Under the pieces are notes generated by a model. The model ran no database searches. It was not told the DNA's origin and saw only the letters and a list, made by a program, of their open reading frames with translations. A DNA stretch of 64,000 nucleotides from positions 1 to 64,000 of IMG/VR virus record IMGVR_UViG_3300037424_000495. One strand, 5' to 3'. The DNA is from a virus (Duplodnaviria; Heunggongvirae; Uroviricota; Caudoviricetes). The position numbers and the translations under genes were made by a program. Positions 10,556-20,816 of the stretch are shown piece by piece (position 1 is the first letter of the stretch; every line of letters starts with the position of its first letter).

Positions 10556-10954
10556 ATGTTTATCTTCGAGGCACCTTATCCATTGATTCAGACAACTTCG
10601 TTGTTGCCAAACCCACAGTTCAGTGATCAAGAAATGTTGTTAGACACTGTGACACGGAAGTTGGCAATGGACGGAACACGGTATACTTACGTGAAACGAC
10701 GCAATGGTCGGCGTAAGTTGAAATGGTCTTTTCGTCTTACACGCAATAAAGCATTAGAGATGCGGGAATATCTTCGTGTATATTTTGCGTCAAAAATTCG
10801 CGTGACTGACCATAATGCACGGGTGTGGCTTGGTTATTTTGTGAATAATCCTTTTGAGTTTGAAACGGCTGATCGTGCGGCACCGGCGATTGAACCGTTG
10901 CCGCGTGGTGAGACAGTTAATATCGAAATCGAGTTTGAGGGGGTTGAGCAGTAA
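10556..10954 (+). CDS. tail assembly/minor tail protein (hypothetical)
   Basis: ATG after GGAGGAATAAGC RBS; stop overlaps the start of the large downstream tail gene (ATGA). Confidence 0.5.
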   Translation: MFIFEAPYPLIQTTSLLPNPQFSDQEMLLDTVTRKLAMDGTRYTYVKRRNGRRKLKWSFRLTRNKALEMREYLRVYFASKIRVTDHNARVWLGYFVNNPFEFETADRAAPAIEPLPRGETVNIEIEFEGVEQ

Positions 10955-13900
10955 TGCGCAATATATCTTCCGCTGGCTTGGCGAAACTGGCAACACGAAA
11001 CGGTATCGAACCCATCACCATCGTTGAGGTGGATTGGGTCAATGGGCATACGCGCACTTACGCCGATCGCGCTCTCACTACTGCCCTTAGTGAGATTCCC
11101 GGTAAAATTATCGAAGTCGGTGACATGGATAATGTTATCAATGTGTCTGATAACAATTCATCCCAATCCTTGAATGTAACGCTTGACGATACAGACGGCA
11201 CTATCAAGGCGGTTTTTGACAATCAGGATATTCATAAACGCAGTGCGCGCGTCTATCAGTATTTCGAGGGTCTTGACCTTGCAGACAAGTTTTTACTGTT
11301 CGCAGGCAAGGTAAGTTCACCGATTACATGGAATGAGCGTGACCGTACTGTCAAGTTTACGATTATTTCGCAATTGGAAGACCGGGAAATTGGCTTCAGT
11401 GCTGAAGAGGGGCAATTTCCTTATTTACCGGCGGATTTAGTTGGTAAGCCGTGGCCGATGATTTTTGGCACAGTTCAAGATTCACCTGCCTTACAAGTCA
11501 ATCATGCGGTGCAAGGCACCACGTTGACGGGCGTCGGGATAATTGCCGGGCAAGAATACTACTCTGATTTTCCAATCTATAACAACGGATCAGACCAAGA
11601 TAGCAATCTTGGCGCAGGGCTGGCAAATATCTCAGCCCAGATTAGTGTCTTATGGTGTGCGCACGCTTGTGCCAGTCAGATAGGTGACACTGGCAAAACG
11701 CGCGGATACATGGATCAGATAAATGAGTTAGAGGCTCAGCGCTCAAATATGGTGAATCAAGCCTCATCAAGTCAAGCTTGTGTACAGTGGCAAAGGGCGA
11801 AACAATTGGCCGACGCAAACGCCAAGGGGCTTGGATCAAATCCGATTAAAGTTATTGGCGGTGAAGATTTTCCACAGGATACGCCGATTATCATCGATAT
11901 TAACGGTGCTTGGTTCTGGGGGCATTTTCATGGGCAAGATTTTTATGTCACAAGTAGGTATAGTGAAGACTTAGCTGAGCAAGCTGCGAATGCAAATAAT
12001 GAACAGACCGACGATTGCCCGTATAATTCTGGCGGCGGCGGTGGAAGTATACAAGAGTATGACTATAAGATTGACGCATCTTGTAACTGTTCAGGCGTGG
12101 AAATGGACACGTGTTGGTGCCGGCAGCACGGCTGGATTATTACCACGGGTAGTGGTAGCACAAACAAGAAATCTGATAATCCAATTTTGCAGCAATTCTG
12201 GGCTGATGCTGGCGCTACTGTCAGGATGCACAGCGACGAACCTATTACCTACATAGTTTCAATTGTGCCGGGTACGGTTTTGGCCGTCAAAGCGTATAAA
12301 CAGTTTGACGGTGAGCGCCGATTGATTGCCGTGCCTAATAATCTGTACCGTGTGGAGACTAGAGTTTACGGGTCAATCACGGCGGTTCAAATTGTATTTA
12401 ACAAACCGTTAAGCACAGTCACGGATCAAGGGTGGAGTGACGATATCTACGTCACTTTCCAATCAAGTGTAGGCCCGGATACTGTCAACATTCTCAAGTA
12501 TCTAATTACTAATTACACAGACTTGACATGGGATAACACCAGTTTCGACCATGTTCAAACAAAGTTGACACCGTTCCCGGCAAATTTTCCAATCTTAGAG
12601 CGAAAGAATACGCTGCAAGTTCTGCAAGAGATTGCATTCCAGGCCCGATGTGCTATTTGGCTTGACAACGGCGTGTTTTCTATGAAGTATTTGCCTGAAG
12701 AGCCAACAGCCGATTCGACAATTACCGTGAGCGACTTGGACGCCGATGCTGGCGTGGAAGTCGAATTGACAAGCACGGAAGACCTTGTAACCAAGATGAA
12801 AGTCTCTTGGCGGGTAAGTTGGGCACCCGGGGCGACAGACCGGGATAAAGACAAGTCTGAAAAGACGATGATTTTGCGGCACAATATCACGCGGTACGGG
12901 ACTCAAGAAGAGGAGTTTGATTGGTACATCTATAATCAGCCGGATGTAATCTACAAAGCGGCAACCTTTTGGCTGATTCGGAAATCGAATACATGGAAAC
13001 GAATCAAGTTTAAGACTTTCCTGCAAAAGTTAAACTTGGAGACGTTTGACACGGTAACATTGAATGTTTCCAGTTACGTTGCTAACAGCGATATAAAAGC
13101 GATTGTTGAACAAGCAAATTATAATTCGGCAGATAACACGGTCGATTTTCAATGCTTGGTTCCAGTCCGTGCCGGCGAGATGACACAATATGTGTATTTC
13201 TGGCCGAGTGCTTTGCCACAATCCGTGGCATGGCCGCCCGCAAACGCTGTTGCCAGTAACGACGCCGGCGGCGGTGGAATCGGAATGGGCGCTACCGGTG
13301 ATTTACCGATTGGTGACACGTCTGAAATAGATGGGAGTGATGTTGTATGGGTCGGCGGTCCGAATGTTGTTTTCAGGGCGCGAAGCGATTGGGGAGACCG
13401 GCGGCCGACGGATGTTGGATTCTCTGCCCAGCAAACTATCAATCCAGCTAACTACGCGGAATTGGACGCAAAGCCTAAACCATATCTCAATCTGCGAACC
13501 TATACGGCAGAGCCATCAAAGCCATATATTCCTGCGCCATTGGCAGGGGCTTTCACTATAGATATTGCTAAAACAATTGTTGTTGACTCGGATGAAGACA
13601 ATAATGTACACACACATTTTAAATCTTTTTTCTCACGAATCAATGACAATGGTCGTTTGGTGATGCGGGATGATGCCCGTATTGGTGATGTTGATAAAAC
13701 GAAGGAAGGTAGTGCGGAGGATTTAATCTATGTAACGTCTGCTGGCGTGGTATGCCTCCAAGAAAATACTTATATTGCCAGCCAAGAACATGATACCAGC
13801 CAAGCTTGTTTATCTGATGCGTTAGTTATTGGTGATGCAACAGGCTACTTGTGCTTGGATGCTGACACGTTTATTGCCAATGGCGATGGAGAGGAAAATA

Positions 13901-13968
13901 AATTTGACTTTAAATGGGCGGCTGATTACAGCGTCTACGCTGCAGGGACCGCATTCTTACGAGATTAA
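10954..13968 (+). CDS. large tail tip / host specificity protein (gpJ-like central fibre)
   Basis: 1004 aa; poly-Gly tracts GGGGGS / AGGGGIG; placed at the end of the tail module. Confidence 0.6.
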   Translation: MRNISSAGLAKLATRNGIEPITIVEVDWVNGHTRTYADRALTTALSEIPGKIIEVGDMDNVINVSDNNSSQSLNVTLDDTDGTIKAVFDNQDIHKRSARVYQYFEGLDLADKFLLFAGKVSSPITWNERDRTVKFTIISQLEDREIGFSAEEGQFPYLPADLVGKPWPMIFGTVQDSPALQVNHAVQGTTLTGVGIIAGQEYYSDFPIYNNGSDQDSNLGAGLANISAQISVLWCAHACASQIGDTGKTRGYMDQINELEAQRSNMVNQASSSQACVQWQRAKQLADANAKGLGSNPIKVIGGEDFPQDTPIIIDINGAWFWGHFHGQDFYVTSRYSEDLAEQAANANNEQTDDCPYNSGGGGGSIQEYDYKIDASCNCSGVEMDTCWCRQHGWIITTGSGSTNKKSDNPILQQFWADAGATVRMHSDEPITYIVSIVPGTVLAVKAYKQFDGERRLIAVPNNLYRVETRVYGSITAVQIVFNKPLSTVTDQGWSDDIYVTFQSSVGPDTVNILKYLITNYTDLTWDNTSFDHVQTKLTPFPANFPILERKNTLQVLQEIAFQARCAIWLDNGVFSMKYLPEEPTADSTITVSDLDADAGVEVELTSTEDLVTKMKVSWRVSWAPGATDRDKDKSEKTMILRHNITRYGTQEEEFDWYIYNQPDVIYKAATFWLIRKSNTWKRIKFKTFLQKLNLETFDTVTLNVSSYVANSDIKAIVEQANYNSADNTVDFQCLVPVRAGEMTQYVYFWPSALPQSVAWPPANAVASNDAGGGGIGMGATGDLPIGDTSEIDGSDVVWVGGPNVVFRARSDWGDRRPTDVGFSAQQTINPANYAELDAKPKPYLNLRTYTAEPSKPYIPAPLAGAFTIDIAKTIVVDSDEDNNVHTHFKSFFSRINDNGRLVMRDDARIGDVDKTKEGSAEDLIYVTSAGVVCLQENTYIASQEHDTSQACLSDALVIGDATGYLCLDADTFIANGDGEENKFDFKWAADYSVYAAGTAFLRD

Positions 13969-13989
13969 AAGGGAGGTGTCAAAGAATAT

Positions 13990-14175
13990 ATGGCGAAGAA
14001 TTGGATTCAGGGTGCTATTAAACATCCTGGCAAGTTAACACAACGGGCCAAAGCGGCTGGCATGACTTTAAGCCAGTTTATGGCGATGCCGCACAAGAAT
14101 CCCGAGATTAAACGGGAGATTAACCTTGCTCAGACACTTATGTCCATGAATCATAAACGTGGACGCAGTAAGTAA
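13990..14175 (+). CDS. small hypothetical protein
   Basis: AAAGGGAGG RBS 8 nt upstream of ATG; followed by a terminator. Confidence 0.45.
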   Translation: MAKNWIQGAIKHPGKLTQRAKAAGMTLSQFMAMPHKNPEIKREINLAQTLMSMNHKRGRSK

Positions 14176-14203
14176 ATATCAATAAGTACGACAGTGTAAA
14201 ACA

Positions 14204-14237
14204 AAATGCCCAGGCGGATAACCGCCCGGGCATTTTC
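14204..14237 (+). terminator. rho-independent terminator ending the tail module
   Basis: ATGCCCAGGCGG-ATAA-CCGCCCGGGCAT stem-loop followed by TTTTCATT. Confidence 0.6.
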
Positions 14238-14265
14238 ATTAACTTCATTTATAAAGGAACATCTA

Positions 14266-14841
14266 ATGGAATCCGCTTTTGCTTGGTTAAATCAACTTAT
14301 TGAAGCGTTTTACAAGTTGTTTCCTCGCGTTCTCATTATACGAGCTACACATGGTGGGGTGAAATGGGTGCGTGGTAACAAGATTAAATTACTACCACCT
14401 GGTTGGCATTTATACTGGCCTTTAACAACTGAAGTCGAATTAGTTGTCACGGCGCGACAGACACTCGCTATTCCTGATCAGGTCATGGCGACAAAAGATG
14501 GCAAGACGGTCGTTGTTAAGACATTGGTAGTTTATCGTATCCCTGACCCATTGAAAGCTATAGGCAAAGTAAATTGGGATGTGGATACGACTATCAATGA
14601 CATGACGCAGGCTGCCGTGGCGAAAGTGATTGCTACGCATGTCTACGATGAGGTTATGGCGGGGATTCGAGACGAGACGTTAACGAAGACGTTAACAAGA
14701 GAAGTTCGTCGTGAGTTACGGCAATTCGGTGTACATATCACACGTTGTAAATTAGTAGATTTTGCAGTGTGTAAGGTTTACAAATTACTCACGACGCAGG
14801 CAGACCGTCAAGGTTTATCAACGCATCAATTTTATCAGTAA
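14266..14841 (+). CDS. SPFH/band-7 (prohibitin/HflK-like) domain protein
   Basis: TAAAGGAAC RBS; motif pattern ...VKWVRGNKIKLLPPGWHLYWPL...QTLAIPDQ..TKDGKTVVVKTLVVYRIPDP typical of SPFH domains. Confidence 0.55.
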   Translation: MESAFAWLNQLIEAFYKLFPRVLIIRATHGGVKWVRGNKIKLLPPGWHLYWPLTTEVELVVTARQTLAIPDQVMATKDGKTVVVKTLVVYRIPDPLKAIGKVNWDVDTTINDMTQAAVAKVIATHVYDEVMAGIRDETLTKTLTREVRRELRQFGVHITRCKLVDFAVCKVYKLLTTQADRQGLSTHQFYQ

Positions 14842-15313
14842 TGATCGGCATTGATCCGATGGCACATCCAATGACACATAAGCTACATTTTTCACGGGTA
14901 ATTGGTTTGTTAGCTGGGATACCTGTCAATGGATTTGAGCAGAGACCTTCGATTTTCAATTGACCGTCATCGAGCATCTGTACACGAAATATGCGATAAA
15001 TACATGATGGCCAGATTGGTCGCAATATCCAAGGGACGCTCTCGTCTCTCAAGTATCCTTCGGGTACTTGAGGAGCGGGAGCGTCTTTTTCATATTCTAT
15101 CCGACCGTCTGAATGAATCGTTGGGCGGTAAAGACGAATAATTTCATTCGGCTGGGTATGGTCAACAATATGTTGCATAGTTGCGTATTGTGCAGTGGGT
15201 GGCCCACCAGCGTACACGATAAAGAACACACCTTCAAGAGTCTTGTCGTCAGGACAATTATCACACCCCATGTTTAAGTCTCCCAAGGTTTTCGTGCGAG
15301 GCAACTGTGGCAA
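14789..15313 (-). CDS. hypothetical protein (start possibly internal)
   Basis: ORF in track, Cys-rich; first gene of the minus-strand block. Confidence 0.4.
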   Translation of the reverse strand: MPQLPRTKTLGDLNMGCDNCPDDKTLEGVFFIVYAGGPPTAQYATMQHIVDHTQPNEIIRLYRPTIHSDGRIEYEKDAPAPQVPEGYLRDESVPWILRPIWPSCIYRIFRVQMLDDGQLKIEGLCSNPLTGIPANKPITREKCSLCVIGCAIGSMPIITDKIDALINLDGLPAS

Positions 15314-15645
15314 GTGTCATGGCTGACACGGTCGGCAAAAGACGGTAATTGAGGGTTGTTACACCGCATGATGATGTTGATACAACCGCATTTGGCGATA
15401 CGATAACCTGTTTGAAACCGGAGTTGACACGGTAACCATAGAGGTACAAAGCGGTAAAGATTGTTAGGGTCACGAAGGTAGCCGTTAATGTCGTTGGGCG
15501 GGTCGTCATCTTCCTCTTGTTTGTAGACAATCGCGCCGTTTTCTTCAAAGCGCAGCACGCGGTCACGCAGGGGTTTATGTGGGGGTAGCGTAGCTTCAAT
15601 GCCCGCAAGCGACCAATGTCCAGATGGCAATTCTTTTTCAGGCAT
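15274..15645 (-). CDS. hypothetical protein
   Basis: ORF in track, minus-strand block. Confidence 0.4.
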   Translation of the reverse strand: MPEKELPSGHWSLAGIEATLPPHKPLRDRVLRFEENGAIVYKQEEDDDPPNDINGYLRDPNNLYRFVPLWLPCQLRFQTGYRIAKCGCINIIMRCNNPQLPSFADRVSHDTCHSCLARKPWET

Positions 15646-15654
15646 ATTTAATTC

Positions 15655-16275
15655 CTAGTACATTCGCAGCAATGTGCGATAAGCTTCGGCACCCGCTAGA
15701 CAATCGGCTAAAGCGTCATGTGGATTTGAATTGATGACGCCTAATTTATTGCAAAGGGGTCCGAGACCGACACGCTCGAAGAGAGCGTTTTCACCCCGGG
15801 CAACGGCTCGGTCATTTAGTGTAATTGCGCAGAGCATCGAATCACGTGCGTGTGAGTGGAATACTTGATCCACCATTGCGACCCCAAGCCAAGCTTTCAA
15901 CATTGACGACTCGAAAGCCCAGTTGTGGGCGAGCGGGACAAGACAGCGTTTGAAAGGTAGGTGTAAGTTTTCAAACCATTCAACGAGCCAATCTTTTACC
16001 TTGTCTTGTGTTGGAGCGTGTAGCATCAACTCGGCCATAGGAATCTTGTGTTTTTGCCGTGCTTGTTCAGATTCACGCTCTGGATGCTCTGGTCGAATGT
16101 GTGTGTAGAATGGACGCACACCTTCGTGTGGCTTAAAGTCGGAGTCTAATGGGACCACGGCAATCTGAATAATTTCGTGATACCCTGGTTGGACGCCGGT
16201 TGTTTCAAGGTCGATGGCGGCAAGGAGATTGCCGCGCATTGTAGCGAGACTGGAATACGTTTTGACACTGGACAT
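15655..16275 (-). CDS. DnaQ-like 3'-5' exonuclease (DEDDh)
   Basis: Exo I motif LETTGV, Exo II HNWAFESSML, Exo III HDALADCLAGAEAY (H-x4-D). Confidence 0.7.
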   Translation of the reverse strand: MSSVKTYSSLATMRGNLLAAIDLETTGVQPGYHEIIQIAVVPLDSDFKPHEGVRPFYTHIRPEHPERESEQARQKHKIPMAELMLHAPTQDKVKDWLVEWFENLHLPFKRCLVPLAHNWAFESSMLKAWLGVAMVDQVFHSHARDSMLCAITLNDRAVARGENALFERVGLGPLCNKLGVINSNPHDALADCLAGAEAYRTLLRMY

Positions 16276-16344
16276 GGGAAGATGGTAGTCGGAGTAGTGA
16301 TGAAGGGCGGCCTCCGTGTGGAGACCGCCCGTGAAGTCAAAGGA

Positions 16345-16797
16345 TTAAGCAGCTTTGCGGATTTTCCGTTTGGCGTTTTTTGTGGGTTTGCGAGATAGCT
16401 TACGGGCCATCTTCTTCTTGCTTCTGGGGACTGGCTCGTAGTTCGGCATGTCGTTTAACTCTGCCAGCAATACGCCTCGTTCAATCATCTCTTCGTAATG
16501 GATCAGAGCCATCGCATTGAACATGATAGCAGCCAGATGGTCTTCATCTTTTTTGCCTTGCTGGTATTTCATCAGGTGGCGTTTGAGAGACGCCACGCAC
16601 CGTGAGAAGGGCATTCCTTTCTCCCAGTTGCGTTCAGCGTATTTTCTAGCACCTAAGAGCAGCCAATGACCTTGACGTTCCTCGGCGAACGGTGAAATTA
16701 AATCAGGGCGAGGTTTATCGTCAGCCGTGTCGCGGATAGCTCGGTTCTCACCAAAAGATTGACGTTTACCATTATCAACCATACTGTATTTAGACAT
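16345..16797 (-). CDS. dATP/dGTP diphosphohydrolase N-terminal-domain-like phage protein
   Basis: Pattern ARKYAERNWEKGMPFSRCVASLKRHLMKYQQGKKDEDHLAAIMFNAMAL recalls the phage dATP/dGTP pyrophosphohydrolase domain; recalled from memory, not searched. Confidence 0.45.
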   Translation of the reverse strand: MSKYSMVDNGKRQSFGENRAIRDTADDKPRPDLISPFAEERQGHWLLLGARKYAERNWEKGMPFSRCVASLKRHLMKYQQGKKDEDHLAAIMFNAMALIHYEEMIERGVLLAELNDMPNYEPVPRSKKKMARKLSRKPTKNAKRKIRKAA

Positions 16798-17002
16798 TCT
16801 TTTCTTCCTCTTCAGGGTTCTGAGATGCAGTTTCTATGAGGTCGCCGTCATATTTGTCTGCGAATGCTCGCGGATTTTTCGGGCAGTTATTGGTTGGAAA
16901 TTCACGCACTAGTTCTGCTTGTAGGATCGAGCGTGTGAGATAGCCAGTGGTGCGGTAGACTCGAAGAGTCATGAGTCGGCTCCTTCCCTGTTGATTTTCC
17001 AA
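16790..17002 (-). CDS. small hypothetical protein
   Basis: ORF in track; overlaps neighbouring genes by a few nt. Confidence 0.3.
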   Translation of the reverse strand: MENQQGRSRLMTLRVYRTTGYLTRSILQAELVREFPTNNCPKNPRAFADKYDGDLIETASQNPEEEEKNV

Positions 17003-19695
17003 GCGAGGCCGGATACATAGCGTTTATTACCTGTGCCAACGACGAGTGGGTAGGTTAAAGGCATGTTTCTTTGCACATGGATTTTTGTCCAACTATGTTT
17101 TTCAGCCGGTGCAACTTGTTCATAGAAGCGTATGAAAAAATCTTTGAAGCTAATTTCTTTTGCGTCGGCTATGCGATCACAGTATTCGTCTATAAACACT
17201 TCTAATAAATTACGATTTACGCTTTCGGCTTGTCGTTTACTTTCAGTTGTGACAACCGGAATACGAAGTCGATCCATGACAGGGGGCAGTTCCAAGTGCA
17301 TTAAAGTGTAGAGAAAATGCGGAGCCTCTTTTTCTAATTCAATTTCCATCTTGGATTTAGCAATGATTTGCTCGGACAACAAATCAGGGACGTTAATGAC
17401 AGCAATGCGGGTGTCCCCTGGAAAAATAGGACAATTTTTCCGGCTGTTAGCTGTCTGCACCCAGTGGGTTGAATTTGGTTGTTCATACGCATCGTGTCGC
17501 ATTTTGCGTATCGTGATTGTGCGACCCGTTACCCATGTTTTGATTTTGGCGTGCGCACCCGGTGATTTGGAAATATCTTTTTCTTCAATCGCGCAGATAA
17601 TGGCTCCGGCTAGTTCGCCGTTGAAATCGTTGTTACTTGTTAAAGCGTGGTCAGCTTGAACTACACCTTTAGTGACTAGTATTTTTAGACTTTCAAAGAA
17701 AATACTTTTGCCACAGTTTTCTGTGCCAAATAGAAATAAATATGGTGTAGGCTCAAAAGGACAGCGGAAAGCACATGCCGTCCAAGCTCTTAAGTAATCT
17801 GCACCAGTTCGGATACCAGCACGTTGTGCCCACGCTAAATCTTTTAACGCGGATGTCAATTCAGTGCCGATATGCTCATAGATTTTGTCCCAGTGTGGGT
17901 GATAAGGAACTTCGTCATCACCTAATTCTATAGGTGCAAATCGGAATTGAGCCGCATCTATGTTCCACTGGCGATCACCAGGGTACTCCTCACGAAACGG
18001 CAAATTTACTAGTCGCCAAGACTGCCAGCCTGCACCGCCCATGACGCTTTCTGCGTCCGCTTTGGGTAGACCAAGATTTTGCAACATCATTTTGACTTGT
18101 CCGGCCGGTTGTCGGAGCCAGTCTTTGTTCTGCTTTGTAACCCAGCCAGAATGTTCGAGATTGGCAGACACTAGACAACGAACGACACTGTCATATTTTC
18201 CGATTGTGTCGTCTGCTTCATCATTTTGATCTATCTTCACGTCGAAGATGCGGACCCATTTGCCTGTTTTCTCCAGCCAGCCGGGGAGGGTAACATTATT
18301 CTTCGTGTCTTCTTTTGTTCGTTCAACTTGTGCGATTAACCGACCGTCTTTATGCGATTTAAGTGTGATTTTTCTTTCGTGGACCGTGGTAGGGTCTAAA
18401 TCAAGTTTCTGTCCGATTGCGTCAGCCGCTTTTATCGCATTGTTGATGTCTGTAAAAACGAAGCCACCGCCCTCTTCCTCTATACCCTCGTGCATTTTGC
18501 AGGCCGAGGCTAGCGTGGGGTAACGATTAAAATAGCAGGTAGTCCAGCCATCGTCACTCTGAGTCCAAGTGTCAGCCTCATTGATTCCCGGTGAAAAACG
18601 AAAGACTCGCCACCCGCCATTTGTTAACGGAAAAAGGAAACAATTGGGCGAGCCTTTATCATGCCCCTCAGAAATTGTTTTGAAGATGCCAATAAGATGG
18701 AGTTCTTTACGCGAGGTATCCAGTAGTTGCTGTAATGCGTGTGTGTGTGTTTGGAGTAAGTGATGGTCAGCTATCCACAGTGTTGTGTAACCTGATCGCA
18801 TCAAGGCTTCAATTTGAGCCTTATGGCTGTCGTCCAATGGAATCATTTTTCGGCCAGATGCCAAAGTCTCGAACGGGTCTTGGTCATCTTCGGTAATTTG
18901 GTTGACACGGATTTTATTGCGGCGACCTTTAACAACTTCGATGTGATCTTTCCAATTCAGTGGGAGATCGACCATAGACAACCGCTTACTTGCAGACTTG
19001 ATAATTTCCAAACCGTGATTTTCGGCAGTCATTTTTCGATGCCATATCCACATAACGTGCCCACAGGCGTCGATATGTGAAGCAAAATCGAAGTTAACTT
19101 CCGCAGACATCATTCCCAGAATACATCTGGCTAACGCAGCGTGTTCGGTGTGATTTTCACTTGGGATACCTTCATCATCTAAGTAGACGTACAAATGGAT
19201 ACCGCCGCCGCCGGTTGAGCGGCGCACCTCGACATAGGGCAGCGCACAGGCGGCTTCTTGGACCTTTGTTAATTGTTCGTCGTCAATTCCAATTCCCTTT
19301 GCGTGTCCTGTGATAGAGTCGAAATCATAGGCAAAATGCCGTGAACGACGGGCCTCCCAGTCCCATCCTGTCATGCCAATACCTTCTGCATAAACATCGA
19401 GTGGAAATGATAAGGAATAGTCGTTGAAAGTTGGCTCGGTATCAGCTTTTTTGGGGATGCGGACGTTGAACCATTCGTTAATCCCGTCCGACCAAGTAGA
19501 TTGTTTACCTCCGACTGGTTCGCCATTGTCTGGAGCCACTTTTAATTGGGTCTCCATATTCTTTCCCCAGCGTGCGACGAGATCAGCGTTGGCTGAAGTC
19601 TTTCTTGCATCCAAGAAGCTACGCAGGGCATCAGTGACTTTGGGCATTTGGTGATCTCTCGTCTTACAGAGCGTGTAAACAGTCTGAGGGCGCAT
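16969..19695 (-). CDS. bifunctional primase-polymerase (prim-pol) / SF3 (D5-like) helicase
   Basis: 908 aa; N-terminal GGGGIHLYVYLDDEG prim-pol-like motif; C-terminal Walker A FGTENCGKS and Walker B-like AIEEKD. Confidence 0.7.
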   Translation of the reverse strand: MRPQTVYTLCKTRDHQMPKVTDALRSFLDARKTSANADLVARWGKNMETQLKVAPDNGEPVGGKQSTWSDGINEWFNVRIPKKADTEPTFNDYSLSFPLDVYAEGIGMTGWDWEARRSRHFAYDFDSITGHAKGIGIDDEQLTKVQEAACALPYVEVRRSTGGGGIHLYVYLDDEGIPSENHTEHAALARCILGMMSAEVNFDFASHIDACGHVMWIWHRKMTAENHGLEIIKSASKRLSMVDLPLNWKDHIEVVKGRRNKIRVNQITEDDQDPFETLASGRKMIPLDDSHKAQIEALMRSGYTTLWIADHHLLQTHTHALQQLLDTSRKELHLIGIFKTISEGHDKGSPNCFLFPLTNGGWRVFRFSPGINEADTWTQSDDGWTTCYFNRYPTLASACKMHEGIEEEGGGFVFTDINNAIKAADAIGQKLDLDPTTVHERKITLKSHKDGRLIAQVERTKEDTKNNVTLPGWLEKTGKWVRIFDVKIDQNDEADDTIGKYDSVVRCLVSANLEHSGWVTKQNKDWLRQPAGQVKMMLQNLGLPKADAESVMGGAGWQSWRLVNLPFREEYPGDRQWNIDAAQFRFAPIELGDDEVPYHPHWDKIYEHIGTELTSALKDLAWAQRAGIRTGADYLRAWTACAFRCPFEPTPYLFLFGTENCGKSIFFESLKILVTKGVVQADHALTSNNDFNGELAGAIICAIEEKDISKSPGAHAKIKTWVTGRTITIRKMRHDAYEQPNSTHWVQTANSRKNCPIFPGDTRIAVINVPDLLSEQIIAKSKMEIELEKEAPHFLYTLMHLELPPVMDRLRIPVVTTESKRQAESVNRNLLEVFIDEYCDRIADAKEISFKDFFIRFYEQVAPAEKHSWTKIHVQRNMPLTYPLVVGTGNKRYVSGLAWKINREGADS

Positions 19696-19711
19696 CCCTC
19701 GTGCCAGAATT

Positions 19712-19790
19712 TGCTACCTAGACCTAACGAAAAAAACGTGTATTTGTTCAAAGAATTCTTGAATAAAGACTGGGATTTTTCGTTAGGTCT
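19712..19790. promoter_or_regulatory. divergent intergenic control region with a perfect 19-bp inverted repeat plus an inner EcoRI-centred near-palindrome
   Basis: ACCTAGACCTAACGAAAAA ... TTTTTCGTTAGGTCTAGGT with ~43-nt spacer containing TTCAAAGAATTCTTGAA; lies between the divergently oriented primase and ParB genes. Confidence 0.5.
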
Positions 19791-19819
19791 AGGTGCCAAG
19801 ATAAAAAGCGTGAATACCT

Positions 19820-20731
19820 ATGCAAGATGATACTCGTAACATTCCGCTGGGGCAGATTATTGAGCCGTGGGTGGTTCTACGCTTGGTAAATCGATCCTCA
19901 GTGGAATATATCGAGTTACGTGATTCTTTGGCAGATAAAGGCTTCTTCAATTCAATTTGTGTCCGGCCATCTGCCAAGAAACCGGACAAATATGAAGTTG
20001 TTGACGGTCTCTATCGTTTTACAGCAGCGACCGAGTTGGAATTACCTGTAGTACCGTGCATCGTGAAACATAACCTCACTGATGAGGATGTTTTAGCTGC
20101 ACAGATTCAAGCCAATGTGTTACGGCCGGAGACGACGCCGGTAGAGTATGCACGACAGTTACGAAAGATCATGGACTCAAAGCCGGACACTATGACTCTG
20201 GCTGAATTGAGTGTACGGATTCATAAGAATCCAGAGTGGATCAGCAGTCAACTGTCGCTGTTGAATCTTATCAAGATGGCGCAGAATGCGGTGTCACACG
20301 GTGAAATTCCATTGGCGTCTGCGTATGCGCTCGCTCGTGTGCCAAAGAGTCAACAGCGAGTTTACGTGGACATGGCAAAGATGATGGCTGCGAAAGAATT
20401 CGTTGCTGTCGTGAATACGCATGTCCGAAAGTATCGTGAAAATGTAAAACGTGGTATTTGGTTTGAGTTTCAATCTGAAGTTGAACCAGTGCCGCATCTT
20501 CGCCGTTTGAACGACATTCTCGCGGAGTATCAAAACCACAATTTAGGTGGGCTTACGCTAACGACTGCAAATTGTAAGACACCTGTAGATGCCTGGTATC
20601 TCGCATTGCAGTGGGTTTTACACTTGGACGAGGAGAGCGTCAAAGAACAACGTGAAAAAATCTTGCAACGGCAAAAGACCGCTATTGTAGAGCAAATTGA
20701 AGAGGAGGATGAGCCATGTGACACGTCGTAA
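19820..20731 (+). CDS. ParB-like nuclease/partition domain protein
   Basis: N-terminal ParB/Srx fold pattern ...ICVRP...KYEVVDGLYRFTAATELELPVVPCIV. Confidence 0.6.
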   Translation: MQDDTRNIPLGQIIEPWVVLRLVNRSSVEYIELRDSLADKGFFNSICVRPSAKKPDKYEVVDGLYRFTAATELELPVVPCIVKHNLTDEDVLAAQIQANVLRPETTPVEYARQLRKIMDSKPDTMTLAELSVRIHKNPEWISSQLSLLNLIKMAQNAVSHGEIPLASAYALARVPKSQQRVYVDMAKMMAAKEFVAVVNTHVRKYRENVKRGIWFEFQSEVEPVPHLRRLNDILAEYQNHNLGGLTLTTANCKTPVDAWYLALQWVLHLDEESVKEQREKILQRQKTAIVEQIEEEDEPCDTS

Positions 20732-20816
20732 TACACCAGTGAATTCATGAAACAACAACGTGAAACAACACCATGTAATGTGAAACTTTGAACCCTGAAA
20801 CTTAGAGGTATTTTAA

